A stretch of DNA of 64,000 nt, from contig NC_043009.1 of the NCBI RefSeq assembly GCF_006345805.1, forward strand, positions 59,644,001 through 59,708,000, in the 5' to 3' direction. This DNA comes from Octopus sinensis (taxonomy: Eukaryota). Positions 1 through 12,850 of this stretch are shown here, in pieces. The position numbers and the translations under genes are program-made. How positions within the stretch are numbered: position 1 is the first letter of the stretch; each line of letters begins with the position of its first letter. The notes beneath the pieces were generated by a model that did not search any database, was not told where the DNA came from, and was given only the letters and a program-made list of their open reading frames with translations.

Positions 1-61
1 GTGTGTGCGTGTGTGTGTGCGTATGTGTGTGTGTGTGTGTGCGTGCATGCAAATATCCTTT

Positions 62-245
62 ATCGTTTACTTGTTTCAGTCATTAGACTGTGGCCATGCT
101 GGAGCACTGCATTGAAGAATTTTAGCCAAAAGAACCAACTCCACTTTCTTTTTTTTTTTTTTTTTTTTTACAGCCTGCTACTTATTCTATCAGTTTCTTT
201 TGCTGAACCGCTAAGTTGCAGGGATGTAAACGCACTAGAATAGGT
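62..245 (-). mobile_element. SINE family A, 3' part
   Basis: Reverse complement of the family A tail (gctccagcatggcc(a/g)cagtcaaatgactgaaacaagtaaa). Confidence 0.8.
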
Positions 246-249
246 CATC

Positions 250-625
250 AAGTAGTTTGCTTACCAACCAAACCACATGGCTCCAGGTTCAATCCCACTG
301 CATGGCATCTTGAGCAAGTGTCTTCTACTATAGCCTCAGGCCGACCAAACCCATGTAAGTGGATTTGGTAGACGGAAACTCAAAGAAGCCTGTCGTATAT
401 ATGTATATATATGTGTGTATGTATATGTTTGTGTGTCTGTATTTGTCCCCCTAGCATTTGCTTGACAACCGATGCTGGTGTGTTTGTGTCCCCGTCTCTT
501 AGCGGTTCGGCAAAAGAGACCAATAGAATAATTACTGGGCTTACAAAGAATAAGTCCCGGGGTCGATTTGTTCGACTAAAGGCGGTACTCCAGCATGGCC
601 GCAGTCATGACTGAAGCAAGTAAAC
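250..625 (+). mobile_element. SINE family A (tRNA-derived, CORE-like centre), 5' slightly truncated
   Basis: B box ggttcaatcc; accttgggcaagtgtctt-type centre; shared tail. Confidence 0.85.
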
Positions 626-681
626 ACTATATTTATACACATATATATATGCTTGTAGGTAAATGTGTGGTGTGCGTGTGT

Positions 682-935
682 AAAACTTAGATAAAACTTA
701 GATATCTTTCGACCAAAGATTGGTCCAAGCCATGTCTAACTTAATAGCACCACCTAATAGGATTATCTAAATCTTGTTTAAGTCAAGTTTTGTTTATGGT
801 CCATTCAAGTAGTGAGTTCTTGTCGAGTAAGTTGTATCCAGGTATGGGTGGCTGATCTGGAATTCCTTGAAGAAATCTGTCAAGACTTTGTTTAAAGGTA
901 ATGGGATTCTATTCCCCTTTAATCAGTTTTGGGAG
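682..935 (-). mobile_element. CR1/L2-group LINE, 3' end fragment
   Basis: Minus strand 896-798 translates to FKQSLDRFLQGIPDQPPIPGYNLLDKNSLLEWT, typical of the RT C-terminus of this group. It is followed by a short tandem tail (TAAAACTTAGA x2 on the + strand). Confidence 0.7.
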
Positions 936-1002
936 TTACCTCTTTAATCAGTTTGGGTATATATATATATATATATACTTGCAGACATATATCATATATA
1001 TG

Positions 1003-1035
<33 letters not shown>

Positions 1036-1325
1036 TTAACGTCCGTTTTCCGTGCTAGCACAGGTTGGACGGTTCGACCGGGGTCTGGGAAGCCAGGAGG
1101 CTGCACCAGGCTCCAGTCTGATCTGGCAGTGTTTCTACAGCTGGATGCCCTTCCTAACGCCAACCACTCTGTGAGTGTAGTGGGTGCTTTTTACGTGCCA
1201 CCGGCACAGGTGCCAGGGGAGGCTGGCAGCGACCACGATTGGTTGGTGCTTTTTACGTACCACCAGCACAGAAGCCAGTCAAGGTGGCGCTGGCATCGGC
1301 CACGTTCAGATGGTGCTTTTTACAT
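1003..1325 (-). mobile_element. RTE 3' UTR fragment. Further copies: 5121-5330(-), 8975-9125(+), 9178-9520(+), 16150-16345(+), 24270-24440(+), 26820-27250(-), 45240-45830(-), 48685-48965(-), 54290-54510(-), 56485-56730(-), 56830-57090(-)
   Basis: (CAT)n-ttaacgtccg...catgctagc...ctggatgcccttcctaacgccaaccactc is shared by the copies. Confidence 0.82.
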
Positions 1326-1880
1326 GATATACATACATACATATGTATATTATGTACATATGTATTCGTGGCATACTGCAGAAGCTAGTACGCACATATT
1401 GATTGTGTAGTCTGTGTGATATATATTACATAAATATACATGAAAATCCCTATCTGAGAAAACTTACTTACAGATGCCAGTTCTGATAGTGTCCCTCTTT
1501 CCCAATATAGCTTTCTGTCTAGTAATAAAACTAGATGCATATATACATATATACATACATTTATATATATATATATGTAGCTTTTATACAAAATCTTTAT
1601 GTAACCACACTATCTCAGTTCCTCTTTCTTCTCTTCTTCTCTTTCACATATATGAATTACTTTGCACAATCTTTTAATGAAAAATTTATATATATAAACA
1701 ATCTCTCTTCCCACTATTTCTGCATGTTTCTTTAACATACACACATTTGCATGTGTGTGTATATATTATATATATATCCATATTTAGGGCATATTTTGTC
1801 CTTATAAACAAACACTGTCTTTATCTCCACCTTTTGCTCCTACTGACACACACCATACAAAATGTATTTGTGTGTGTGTG

Positions 1881-1927
<47 letters not shown>

Positions 1928-4115
1928 TACACACGTACACATATTATATACATACACACACCACACATACATACACTTCCTTTCTACATATATTTCTCCA
2001 AGTCTCTGCCTCATATATATTCTCATACATACACATGCATGCACACACTCTTCCTTCCTCTCTCTCTCTTTCTCCCCCTCTCTCTCTATTTCTCAGTCCT
2101 CTCTCTCTCTCTCTCTCTCTTTCTCCCCCTCTCTCTCTATTTCTCAGTCCTCTCTCTCTCTCTCTCTCTCTCTTCATATACACTATACATGTTTCTGTGT
2201 ATATTTTTATAATTTTATCGAAATATATGGAGTTATATTTAGATACGTAGATTAAACACCAGTCACCATCACATCAACTCAGGCAATCTCATACAGGAAC
2301 CTGTACATGGTGTGTTGATCTGCTAGAAATAACAACCAAATCTCACTCAAATTATAGATTACTGTCTTTAAAACAAAGTAACACTGGATGTTGTAGTTGA
2401 TTTCTACGTTCTGAGTTCAAATTCCGCTGAGGTCGACTTTGGCTTCCATCCTTTCGGGGTCAATAAATTAAGTACCAGTTATGCACTGGTGTCGATGTAA
2501 TCAACTTAATCCGTTTGTCTGTCCTTGTTTGTCCCCTCTGTGTGTAGCCCCTTGTGAGCAATGAAGAAATATGAAAAAAATAACAGATAAATTATAAACA
2601 ATAAACTGTATAATAATAAGTCTAGTCCGTGCGTATCACTTAGGTTGACGAGGGAAGGATGACCTCTCTTTGCAAATACCATAAGTGCACAGAAAGTGTG
2701 CCTAAAGCCAGCTGGAGACGATGTTCTCCTGGGGCTATAAGCTACAGTAACACCCACCCTTAGTGGTTAGCCATATTAAGATGGAAAATATACCTCACAA
2801 TAAACTGTGTGTTAAAGTTTTAAATAAAGAATTTGAAGTCCAAAAGATTATTGCCAAATGATTTTTATTTATCACCAAACTGGTGAAGATGGCAAGTGAA
2901 GAGAATTGCCAGAGCAAGCAAGCGTTGGATGAGACAGCTTCATATGGGTTAAGATACAAAAATTTGCGACAGCATTTTTTCTGGGTAGTAACCGTCCTAG
3001 ATATTTAAAGAAACAGGTGGGGAGTCTGCAAGAACTTGATGCTTGGATACTCTGCACTCGGTGCAAGCAAATTGTACTCACAAGGAACGGAGTGATTTCT
3101 GGCAGGATTACAAGAGATGCAACACATGAAGAGAACCAGAGTCAGTAGCAGGAGAGGCATCCATGGCGGGATGACTTCTGTTAACTTAGAAGATCTAATT
3201 AGTGTGGGGGTGGCGATGGGGTGGGTTGCACTAAAAGTATATAGGTTGGGACAAACACACATGCTGACACATATACACATATTTGTGTGTGTATGAAAAT
3301 TTGTTTTGGTATTTGAAAATGCACCTGAATCTAAAAAACCTGTAAATTTTTAAATAGATTTATTCACATACCAAACTAGTTTCAACAATTTTTTTATTTA
3401 TCAATGGTACAAAATATATATATATATGTTAAAAAAAGTGTTGGGGGGAGGCGATGGGGGAGTTTAAAGTTACAAAGTAAAATTTCAATAAACATGTTTA
3501 ACCCATCTAATAATGTTCAAACAATCACAGAAATTTCAATGAGTTTCATTGTTAATGTTCAACGAAGATTATAACAAACATACATTATTGAAAGTTTTGT
3601 CTTACTGAGTTTTTTATAAAACAAATGGAGAAGAAAGAGAAAAGATGGAGAGAATGAAAAGAAGGTTTTTTTTTTTGTTTAACAATTTCTATTGTGGTGT
3701 ATGTAGTTCTTTTTTTCAATTTCAGTTCAGTCTCAGTACACTAGTCACTTCACCTTTCATTGACTTATATACCGTTCTGATTAGCAATTTAGTGTTTGTT
3801 TTTGACCAACAGTGTGATCAATTACAGATCTGGAAGGAAACCAAGACTCCTTTTTTAGAGTGTTTAAAGGAATGTTTTTCTTTTTGCCATCGTTTATGTA
3901 ATCATCGCCCATTAAATTTTAAGAGGATCTCAGCAATTTTTATTATCCAAGATATGTAGAGTATTTATAATGATGACTTATGAAAAAATACATTTTGTTT
4001 CCCAGGACCTAAATTCAGTCATACATAGGTCTCAGCAGGTTGGTACAAAACAAGTTAGTCAATTGATAACATTTATAACTATTTATAACTAGTTAGTCAA
4101 TTGATAACAGTTATA

Positions 4116-4285
4116 TGGGGAGAGTTCATGAAAAAAACAAAAGACGAAGACAGGTTGTGTACAAAACAAACAGATGTATTAGTATAACGCTCAGGAATTG
4201 AAAAAGTCTTTTACGTTTCGAGCCTACGCTCTTCTACAGAAAGGAGCACAGAGAGAAACAAGGAGAGAAAAAAAATGTGTGCAGT
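4116..4285 (-). mobile_element. Penelope-like pseudo-LTR fragment containing the HHR-like motif
   Basis: Minimal HHR context is typical of Penelope pLTRs (established knowledge). A truncated reverse-orientation copy of its end occurs at about 15040-15110. It sits between duplicated 'gttagtcaattgataaca...ataact' flanks. Confidence 0.5.
4208..4243 (-). ncRNA. Minimal hammerhead-like motif with a variant core (CUGUAGA)
   Basis: CTTT CTGTAGA A GAGC-gtag-GCTC GAAA C GTA^ AAAG. Stems I and II pair perfectly, but conserved A6 is replaced by U. Confidence 0.55.
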
Positions 4286-4534
4286 GATAACAATTATAAC
4301 TAGTTATAACTAGTTAGTCAATTGATAACATTTATAAAGCAAACTCTGCATTTGTGGTCAGGAGATGTCTTCCTTCTCCTGAATGCACATACATGTTCTT
4401 TTTCTATTTTGATTTCTCTCAAAAACAAAAGAGCTTTTTCCAAACTGAAGAACAAAGCAACAACAGTAAATAGGTACATCTTTAAGCTTTTATCAGCCAC
4501 TTGTTTTAGTCGTTTGATTATGGCCATGCTGGGG

Positions 4535-5120
4535 CATGGAAATATGCTGTGTTTGAGAAGACCCGGCAAGCCAAATGAGACCATAACCTGTGGCCTATGC
4601 CAGGAGCATAACCAGCCCACTTATGCGTACCTTTTCCTTCTTTGGACACTAAACTCTGCTTGCGAAGACCTGTTGAGTCAAGTGAAATCAAAATCAAAAT
4701 CAAATTTGATGGCTGGCATCCATGCTAGCGGGGTGCAAAGAACACCATACGAGTGTGATCATTGACAGAGTGGCTAACCGGCTTCTGTGCTGGTGGCACG
4801 TAAAAGGGCACCATTCGAGCATGATCGTTACCAGTGTCGTCTTCCTGGCACCTGTGCCGGTGGCATGTGTAAAAAGATTCAAGCGAAGTCATTGCCAGTA
4901 CTGCCTGACTGGCCCCCGTGCTGGTGGCATGTAAAAAGCACCCACTACACTCTCGGAGTGGTTGGCATTAGGAAAGGCATCCAGCTATAGAAACTCTGCC
5001 AGATCAAGATTGGAGCCTGGTGCAGCCATCTGGTTCGCCAGAACTCAGTCAAATCATCCAACCCATGCTAGCATAGAAAGCGGACGTTAAACAATGGTGA
5101 TGATGATGATGATGATGTCC
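4535..5120 (+). mobile_element. 5'-truncated RTE-clade LINE: ORF end plus about 550 nt of 3' UTR with a (GAT)n tail
   Basis: WKYAVFEKTRQAK* followed by repeated ggtggca..taaaa.gcacc units, the ggcattaggaaaggcatccagc motif and a (GAT)n tail. Confidence 0.8.
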
Positions 5121-6047
5121 ATGCTGGCACGGGTTGGACAGTTTGACCAGAGCTGACAAGCCAAGGAGCTGCACCAGGCTCCAGTCTGATTTGGCACGGT
5201 TTCTACAGCTTGATGCTCTTTCTAATGCCAACCACTGTGATAGTGTAATGGGTGCTTTTACGTGCCACTGGCACAAGTGCCAGTTTGCATGACACCAGTA
5301 TCTGCCACAACTACAATTTCACTTGGCTTTATGGATCTCCTACCCAAACACAGCAAGGGTCTCCGTCATTTGTCATTGGCTCTGTGAGGCTCATTTGACA
5401 TTGGTTCCATGAGACTCATTTATCATTGTCTAATACTTAGCAAAGCAAGTAGAACAATGATTTTGGGCTACTCATCTAAATTTATAATCCAGTTAGAGAA
5501 ACTGTAAATTTCAAAGTAGTCGACCATAAAGGTTCACTGTCTTGTTAATTTTAAACGAAATGTTCGCTTTCTCGTTAATTTTAATGTGAAACGTTCACAT
5601 CCGTCGAGACAGCTGACATCCACATAATTTTCTTGTTTTCTGCCCTAAACAATTATGTCAGACCTGTTTTGTTTGCACTTGGCTAAGACTTTGGTATGAA
5701 TGTGCCATACATCAATGTATATACGTGTGCATATACATATATGTGTGTGTGTGTGTGTGTATGTATAGGTACATATATATGTGTGTGTATGTATATATAT
5801 ATGTATGCTGTATATGTATGTCTATGCATGTGTGTGTGTGTTGTAGACACGACCACATACACCCACGACTATGCCTTCACCTTTGTCCACCCTTCCACCC
5901 TCTTCTGCCTCCCACTCACTACATCTCATGTCTATGTCATGATGTGACATTTTCTTTTGCTAATCACTTCCTCAAGAAGCCTCTGAGAACATGCTGCATT
6001 TCTTCCACTCCCTCCCTCTTCTTCCTCTCTCTTTTACTTACCTCTCC

Positions 6048-6081
<34 letters not shown>

Positions 6082-6149
6082 TACCTCTCTGTCTGTTCTA
6101 TGCACTGTATCTCTTTCTTGTTCTCTCACACTCTGACTCTATCTAACCA

Positions 6150-6249
6150 TCTATCTATCTGTCTGCCTGTCTTTCTGTCTGTCCTTTTGTAAGTCTCTCT
6201 GTCTATCCTTCTGTCTGTCTATTTATCTATTTATCTATTTATCTATCTA

Positions 6250-6283
<34 letters not shown>

Positions 6284-6343
6284 CATCCATCCATCCATCC
6301 ATCATTCCATCCATCCATCCATCCATCTATCATCTATCTATCC

Positions 6344-6387
<44 letters not shown>

Positions 6388-6499
6388 CTATCCATCTATC
6401 TATCCATCTATCTATCTATCCATCTATCTCTCTATCCATCTATCTATCTATCTATCTATCTGTCTAACTATCTATCTATCTAGCTAGCTAGGTAGCTAA

Positions 6500-6543
<44 letters not shown>

Positions 6544-6640
6544 TTATCTATCTATCATCTATATATCTATATATCTATCTATATATATATATATATATAT
6601 CATCTATCTATCTATCTATATATATATATATATATATCCT
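6150..6640. repeat. Compound (CTAT)/(CCAT)/(CTGT)/(TA) microsatellite; similar (GATA)/(GACA) tract at 21410-21700
   Basis: Read directly from the sequence. Confidence 0.95.
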
Positions 6641-7304
6641 ACCACCCTTCCTTCCTTCCTTCACATACCTCGCTCTATCTCATACAATTGTAACTCCTAT
6701 ACAATCACTTAACTACACAATATTCAACCCTTTTAATGGCAGATTTCTGTTGAAATACACAGCTTTTTCTTTAAATTCATTTATAAAAATAACTCCATCC
6801 TTATTAAACTGATGTTTCGAACATAATAAAACATGAAATTTCAATAGGAAGTTGTAATTTAAATCAAGATAAATCCCAAAGTCTGCTTCATTAAAATTAA
6901 GGGCAGTTTGTTATCGAAAGGATAAATACATAGAACACACACACACACACACACACTCACGCACACACACACGCACACACACACATGCACACACGCACGC
7001 ACACACCACACGCACAACACCACACACACACACACACGCTCACACACACACACGCACACACACACATGCACACACGCACGCACACACACACGCACACACA
7101 CACACACACACACGTGCATAATTAGGTTTGTTTCTCATTGATACCTAATCACTAAAACTCTTATTCTACCCCTATTACTTGCTCTTCCTTTTTCTCTTTC
7201 TCTTTCCTTTTCTTTCTCTCCCTCTTTATCTCTATCTCACTCATTTCTGAAATTTTCTGAAATTGTGATAATTTAACCATTTCACTTCAGTTACTATTTC
7301 TTAT

Positions 7305-7500
7305 TTCTGTATTGCCCACAAGAGGCTAAACATAGAGGGGACAAACAAGGAGAGACAAAAGGATTAAGTCGATTACATCAACCCCAGTGCATAAATGGTA
7401 CTTAATTTATTGACCCCGATAGGATGGAAGGCAAAGTCAACCGCAGCAGAATTTGAACTCAGAACATGAAGGCAGACAAAATACCACTAAGAATTTCACA
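7305..7500 (-). mobile_element. SINE family B; other copies at 2405-2575 (+), 40050-40260 (+) and 52214-52498 (+)
   Basis: Reverse complement of the family B body. Confidence 0.82.
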
Positions 7501-7844
7501 ACCCTAGGACTTATTCTTTGGAAGCCTAGTACTTATTCTATCAGTCTCTTTTTGCCGAACTGCAAAGTTATGGGGACGTAAACACACCAGCAACAGTTGT
7601 CAAGCGATGTTGGGGGGACAAATACAGACACACAAACATATACACACACGAGTATATATAAATATATATATATATATACATATATACAATGGTCTTCTTT
7701 CAGTTTCCGTCTACCAAATCCACTCACAAGGCTTTGGTTGGCCGAGGCTATACTAGAAGACACTTGCCCAAGATGCCACGCAGTGGGAGTGAACCCGGAG
7801 CCATGTGGTTAGTCAGAAAGCTACTTACCACACAGCCACTCCTG
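7501..7844 (-). mobile_element. SINE family A
   Basis: Reverse complement of the family A head (aggagtggctgtgtggtaagtag...) and body. Confidence 0.85.
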
Positions 7845-7864
7845 CATGTGTAATATTCGTGTGC

Positions 7865-8140
7865 ATGAACACCAGGGTACAAATGGGCCAAGAGAAGAAC
7901 TGAGCATAAGAGGAATTGAGTATAGAACACAAGAGAAAGTGCTATGCTAGTGCAGGCATGTGATGCATGTAGAGGATGATTTTGGCATAGGACCTGAGCA
8001 TTCCAAATTATTGGAATCTTGGAAGAAAGTGATGGAGACCGATCTGAAGATGCTGCTGCTCACAGAAGAGATGACAAAGGACTATACTGGTTAGAAGCAT
8101 GTGGTGCTGCAGAAGACCTGACCATTCACGAAGACAAGCA
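7865..8140 (+). mobile_element. Decayed RTE LINE RT C-terminal fragment
   Basis: EELSIRGIEYRTQEKVLC*CRHVMHVEDD ... WKKVMETDLKMLLLTEEMTKD. Confidence 0.6.
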
Positions 8141-9510
8141 CACGAGGGTAGTATTTAGGAACCTACATTGACGGTCCCCTCACTTTGCATCCTTAAATAA
8201 GCGTGGCTTAGTGGTTAGGGTATTGAACTCATGATCGTATGGTTGTGGTTTCGATTCCTGGACCGGGCGTTGTGTTGTGTTCTTGAACAAAACACTTCAT
8301 TTCACGTTGCTCCAGTCCACTCAGCTGGCAAAAATAAGTAATCCTGCGATGGACCAGGTCCTGTCCAGGTGGGGAATTTCTACACCACTGAAACCAGGAA
8401 ACTGGCCCTTATGAGCTTGGCATGGCTCGAGAAGGAACATCGTTGCCCTCACTCTGTTTTTGTCTATCTATTGCTCTTTTTCCAATTTCTTTGTCACACA
8501 TCTCGCTCTTTCTCTCTCTCTCTCTCTCTCTCTCATCTCACCATTCCCTGTACTGACAGCATCAGAGCATCATCATCCCTCTATCACACTTTACCATCTC
8601 TAGAGAAACTATAAGAAACTGCATCAAGCCATCTGTAGACAATACACATGTGTATGTATGTATGTGTATGTATGTGTGCGTGCGTGTCATGTAAAGCACA
8701 GACAAATCTTATCCAACCAGTCTCCTCCACACTCCCTTGCCTTCCATCATCTCTGCAACACAGCTTTTTTTTTTCCCCAAGATTTCTGCTTTTCGACAAC
8801 TGTTGCACATATGTTCAACAAGGTCTCTCTCTCCTCTTCCCTTTAACCACATACTGGTTCTTATTCAAAAAGTTGATTTCAAAACATTGACGTACGACTT
8901 TGCCTTTTCTACACCAATAACATCCCTTGAACTTAAGCCCAAGAAATTGGATGATATCTCTTAATAATGGTATATTTGCATTGGCGTTTGGAAGGGCATC
9001 CAGCTGTAGAAACTCTGCCAGATCAGTTTGGAGCCTGGCACAGCCATCTGGTTTGCCAGTCCTCAGTCAAAATCGTCCAACCCATGCTAGCATGGAAAGC
9101 AGACGTTAAATGATGATAATGATGATGTTGCACTTAAGATCTATCTATCTTTTCATCTATACATATTCATATACACACACAGAGGACCAAGATGCCTGGC
9201 ACCTTACTCTGCTCAAGAAGACCTGTACTGTGCAGCAGAAATGTTGAGACTGCTTCCTCTGGTGGTGTAAAATACTTGTGACAGTGCCACGTAAAAGCAC
9301 CCAAGCGGTGCCCGTATGGTGCCACGTAAAAGCTCCTGTGCAGTGCCATATATAAAATCACCCAGCACATGCTGTAAAGTGGTTGGCATTAGGAAGGGCA
9401 TCCAGCCATAGAAACCATGCAAAACCAGACTAGAGTCTAGCACAGCTCCCCAGCTTGCCAGCTCTGGTTAAAACAGTCCAATTCATGCCTGCATGGACAG
9501 CAAACATTAA

Positions 9511-9830
9511 ATGATGATGATAACAACAACGAGGACGACGATGATGATGATGATGACGATGACAACGATGATGACGATGACGACGACGATGATGACGATG
9601 ATGACGATAATGACGACGATGACAACAATGATGATGATGATGACGATGATGACAATGACGATGATGATGATGACGATGATGATGATGACGACGATGACAA
9701 CAATGATGATGATGATGACGATGATGACAATGACGATGATGATGATGACGATGATGATGATGACGACGACGATGATGATGATGATGATGATGACAACGAC
9801 AACGATGATAATGATGAGGATGATACACAC
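9511..9830. repeat. (GAT/GAC)n trinucleotide tract extending an RTE tail
   Basis: Read directly; follows the RTE 3' end at 9178-9520. Confidence 0.95.
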
Positions 9831-10479
9831 ATATATATTTATATATATGATGTGATTCATTTATTTCACGTCTGGTTTACTATGCTAGCATGGGTCAGAC
9901 GAATGTACATTATTATCAAGGCATATCTTACAACTGGATGCACTTCCTGTCATTAAACCTTACCTGTTTGTCGAACAAGCGATATTATATTTAGCATATC
10001 TTGAAAGATGTGAAACGAACAGACAATTCGTTGACAGCTAATGTGATGGCAACACACTAATGCCCCATGGCTTGTGACTTTTGCCAATATACAAATGTAA
10101 ACAAGACACACACACAAACAAACAAACAAAATGCACTTTTTTAGTTTTTGTTTTGGTTGGCACAAAACTGTTCTACTACAAAACCAAGTAACTGGGAAAT
10201 GAATTTCTTAACCATGGGACCATACCTGTGCTTAATAATATATCTTCATCATCATCATCATTGTTTTAATGTCCACCTTCTCCATGCTTCCATGGATCAT
10301 ACAAAATTCTTTGAGGTAGATTTCCTATGGCCATATGCCCTTCCTTTCATCAAGCCTCACCTGTATCCAAGCAAGGTAATATTTCCCTTCGTCCTTACAA
10401 TACAGGTGAGCAAAAGGTTTTACACTAATTGTAAAACATTGGAGTTAATTTAGAATTAGCTTGCAATGTGAAAGACAAA

Positions 10480-10789
10480 GAGATACACACACACACACAC
10501 ACACACACGTGTGTGTTTATATATATATATATATATATATATTTATTATATATGTGTATGTATACAGATAAACATACACAAGTGCACACACTCACATACA
10601 TGTGTGTGTAGCATTGTAGATGTGTGTATGTATGCATGTAGATATACATCCATACGCATATATGCACACATATATACATATACATATATATATATATGAG
10701 TATATATACTTATATGTATATATAAACTTGTGTGTGCGTATATATATATATATGTTGTTGTGGATGTATATATATGTGTGTGTGTTATA

Positions 10790-10837
<48 letters not shown>

Positions 10838-10919
10838 ATATGTATATATGTATATATATATACATATATATATATATTATATATATATATATATATAATA
10901 TATATATATATATAGATCT

Positions 10920-11003
<84 letters not shown>

Positions 11004-11015
11004 TGTGTATATATA
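10480..11015. repeat. (CA)n/(TA)n microsatellite; similar long (TA)n tracts at 22130-22290 and 40770-41132
   Basis: Read directly from the sequence. Confidence 0.95.
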
Positions 11016-11249
11016 TGAATGAGTGTGTAAGACGCCATACTTCGTGTTCTGTGTTGTGTAAACACATTTCAGATAAAGTCTACAATCACCTCTTCCTTGT
11101 CTCCCTCCCCTCCCTCTCCCTCTCTCTCCCCTCTGAACTTGTCTCTAGGCAACAATTTACATTCTTTGCCACCCCACCACTACCACCACCCCTCTTTCTA
11201 CTTTTGTCCACATTGACTTGAGGACAGCTGGGAATACAGTATGGTTGTT

Positions 11250-11419
11250 TCTGGTGGTGGTGGTGGTGGTGGTGGTGGTGGTGGTATTGGTGGTTGTGTT
11301 GGTAGTGGTAGTAGTATTGTTAGCAGAGGTGGTGTTTAGTAATAGTTCTTATAGTAATGGCAGTAGTTGCGGTGATGGTGGTAATGGTGGCAGTGCTGAC
11401 AGTGCTGAGAGAAGTAGTG

Positions 11420-11468
<49 letters not shown>

Positions 11469-11820
11469 CAGCAGCAGCAGCAGCAGTAGTAGTAGTGGTG
11501 GTGATACTAGTGGCAGTGGTGCTGACAGTTTTAGTATTATTGGTGGTGGTGGTGGTGGTGGTACTGACAGTCGTGTAAGTAGTAGCAGCAGCAGCAGTAG
11601 TAACAGTAGTAGTAGTAGTAGTAGTAGTAGTAATGGTGGTTGTGGTAGTAGTAGTAGTAGTAGTAGCTGTTCTGCTGTTCTTTTTGTTTACTTTAAAAAG
11701 GAGACATTCAGTGTTGACTTTGTTGTGAGATTATGGTGTTGGTGGTAGTGGTGGTGGTGGTGGTGGTGGTGGTGGTGGTGGTGGTGGTGGTGGTGGTGGT
11801 AGTGGTGTTGGTGGTGTGAG
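11250..11820. repeat. Compound (GGT)/(AGT)/(AGC) trinucleotide tract
   Basis: Read directly from the sequence. Confidence 0.95.
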
Positions 11821-12122
11821 AGGTTTTGAGGGTGAAAGTAGACCGTTTGCTGGTGCTATAATAATAATGATAATCTTTTATCCTATGGGCACTGAAATTT
11901 GGTGGTGGTGGGGGGATGATGAGGGGAGGGGGGGGGGGCTAGTCGATTACATCGGTGGTGGTGGGGAAGGGGAGGGGATGGGTCAGTGTTTAACTGCTGC
12001 TTATTTTATTGGCCCCTTCGCATCCCCTGCAAGGATGATAAACAATGTCTGCCCTCAGCGCAATTTGAACACAAGATGCAAGGAGAAACTAAATGTTGCC
12101 AAGCAATTTGCACACTATACAC

Positions 12123-12850
12123 AGGCGCAGGAGGGGCTGTGTGGTAAGTAGCTTGCTTACCAACCACATGGTTCCGGGTTCAGTCCCACTGCGTGGCACC
12201 TTGGGCAAGTGTCTTCTGCTATAGCCTCAGGCCGCCCAAAGCCTTGTGAGTAGGTTTGGTAGACGGAAACTGAAAGAAGCCCGTCGTATATATGTATGCG
12301 TGTGTGTGTCTGTGTTTGTCCCCCTAGCATTGCTTGACAACCAATGCTGGTGTGTTTATGTCCCCGTTACTTAGCAGTTCGGCAAAAGAGACTGATAGAA
12401 TAAGTACTGGGCTTACAAAAGAATAAGTCCCGGGGTCAAGTTGCTCGATTGAAGGTAGTGCTCCAGCATGGCCGCAGTCAAATGACTGAAATAAGTAAAA
12501 GAATAAAAGACTAAAAGATTCTGCTAACTCGTTATCTGAATGGTAATTATTATAGTAAAACCTTATGAGTGGATTTGGTAGACGGAAACTGAAAGAAGCC
12601 CGTCGTATATATGTATATACACATATGTATGTGTGTATATGTTTGTGTGTCTGTGTTTGTTCCCCCCAACATCGTTTGACAACCGATGCTGGTGTGTTTA
12701 CATCTCTGTAACTTAGCAGTTCGGCAAAAGAGACCGATAGAATAAGTACTAGGCTTACAAAGAATAAGTCCTGGGGTCGAGTTGCTCGACTAAAAGGCGG
12801 TGCTCCAGCATGGCCACAGTCAAATGACTGAAACAAGTAAAAGAGTAAAT
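12123..12850 (+). mobile_element. Two head-to-tail family A SINEs (full 12123-12510; 5'-truncated 12561-12850)
   Basis: A box ggctgtgtgg, B box gggttcagtcc; the body is repeated twice. Confidence 0.85.

Noticed and set aside
2830-3190. Non-repetitive purine-rich stretch with a partial open frame (FATAFFLGSNRPRYLKKQVGSLQELDAWILCTRCKQ...)
   Set aside because: It contains stops and no recognisable motif; it may be a decayed transposon but I cannot support a call.
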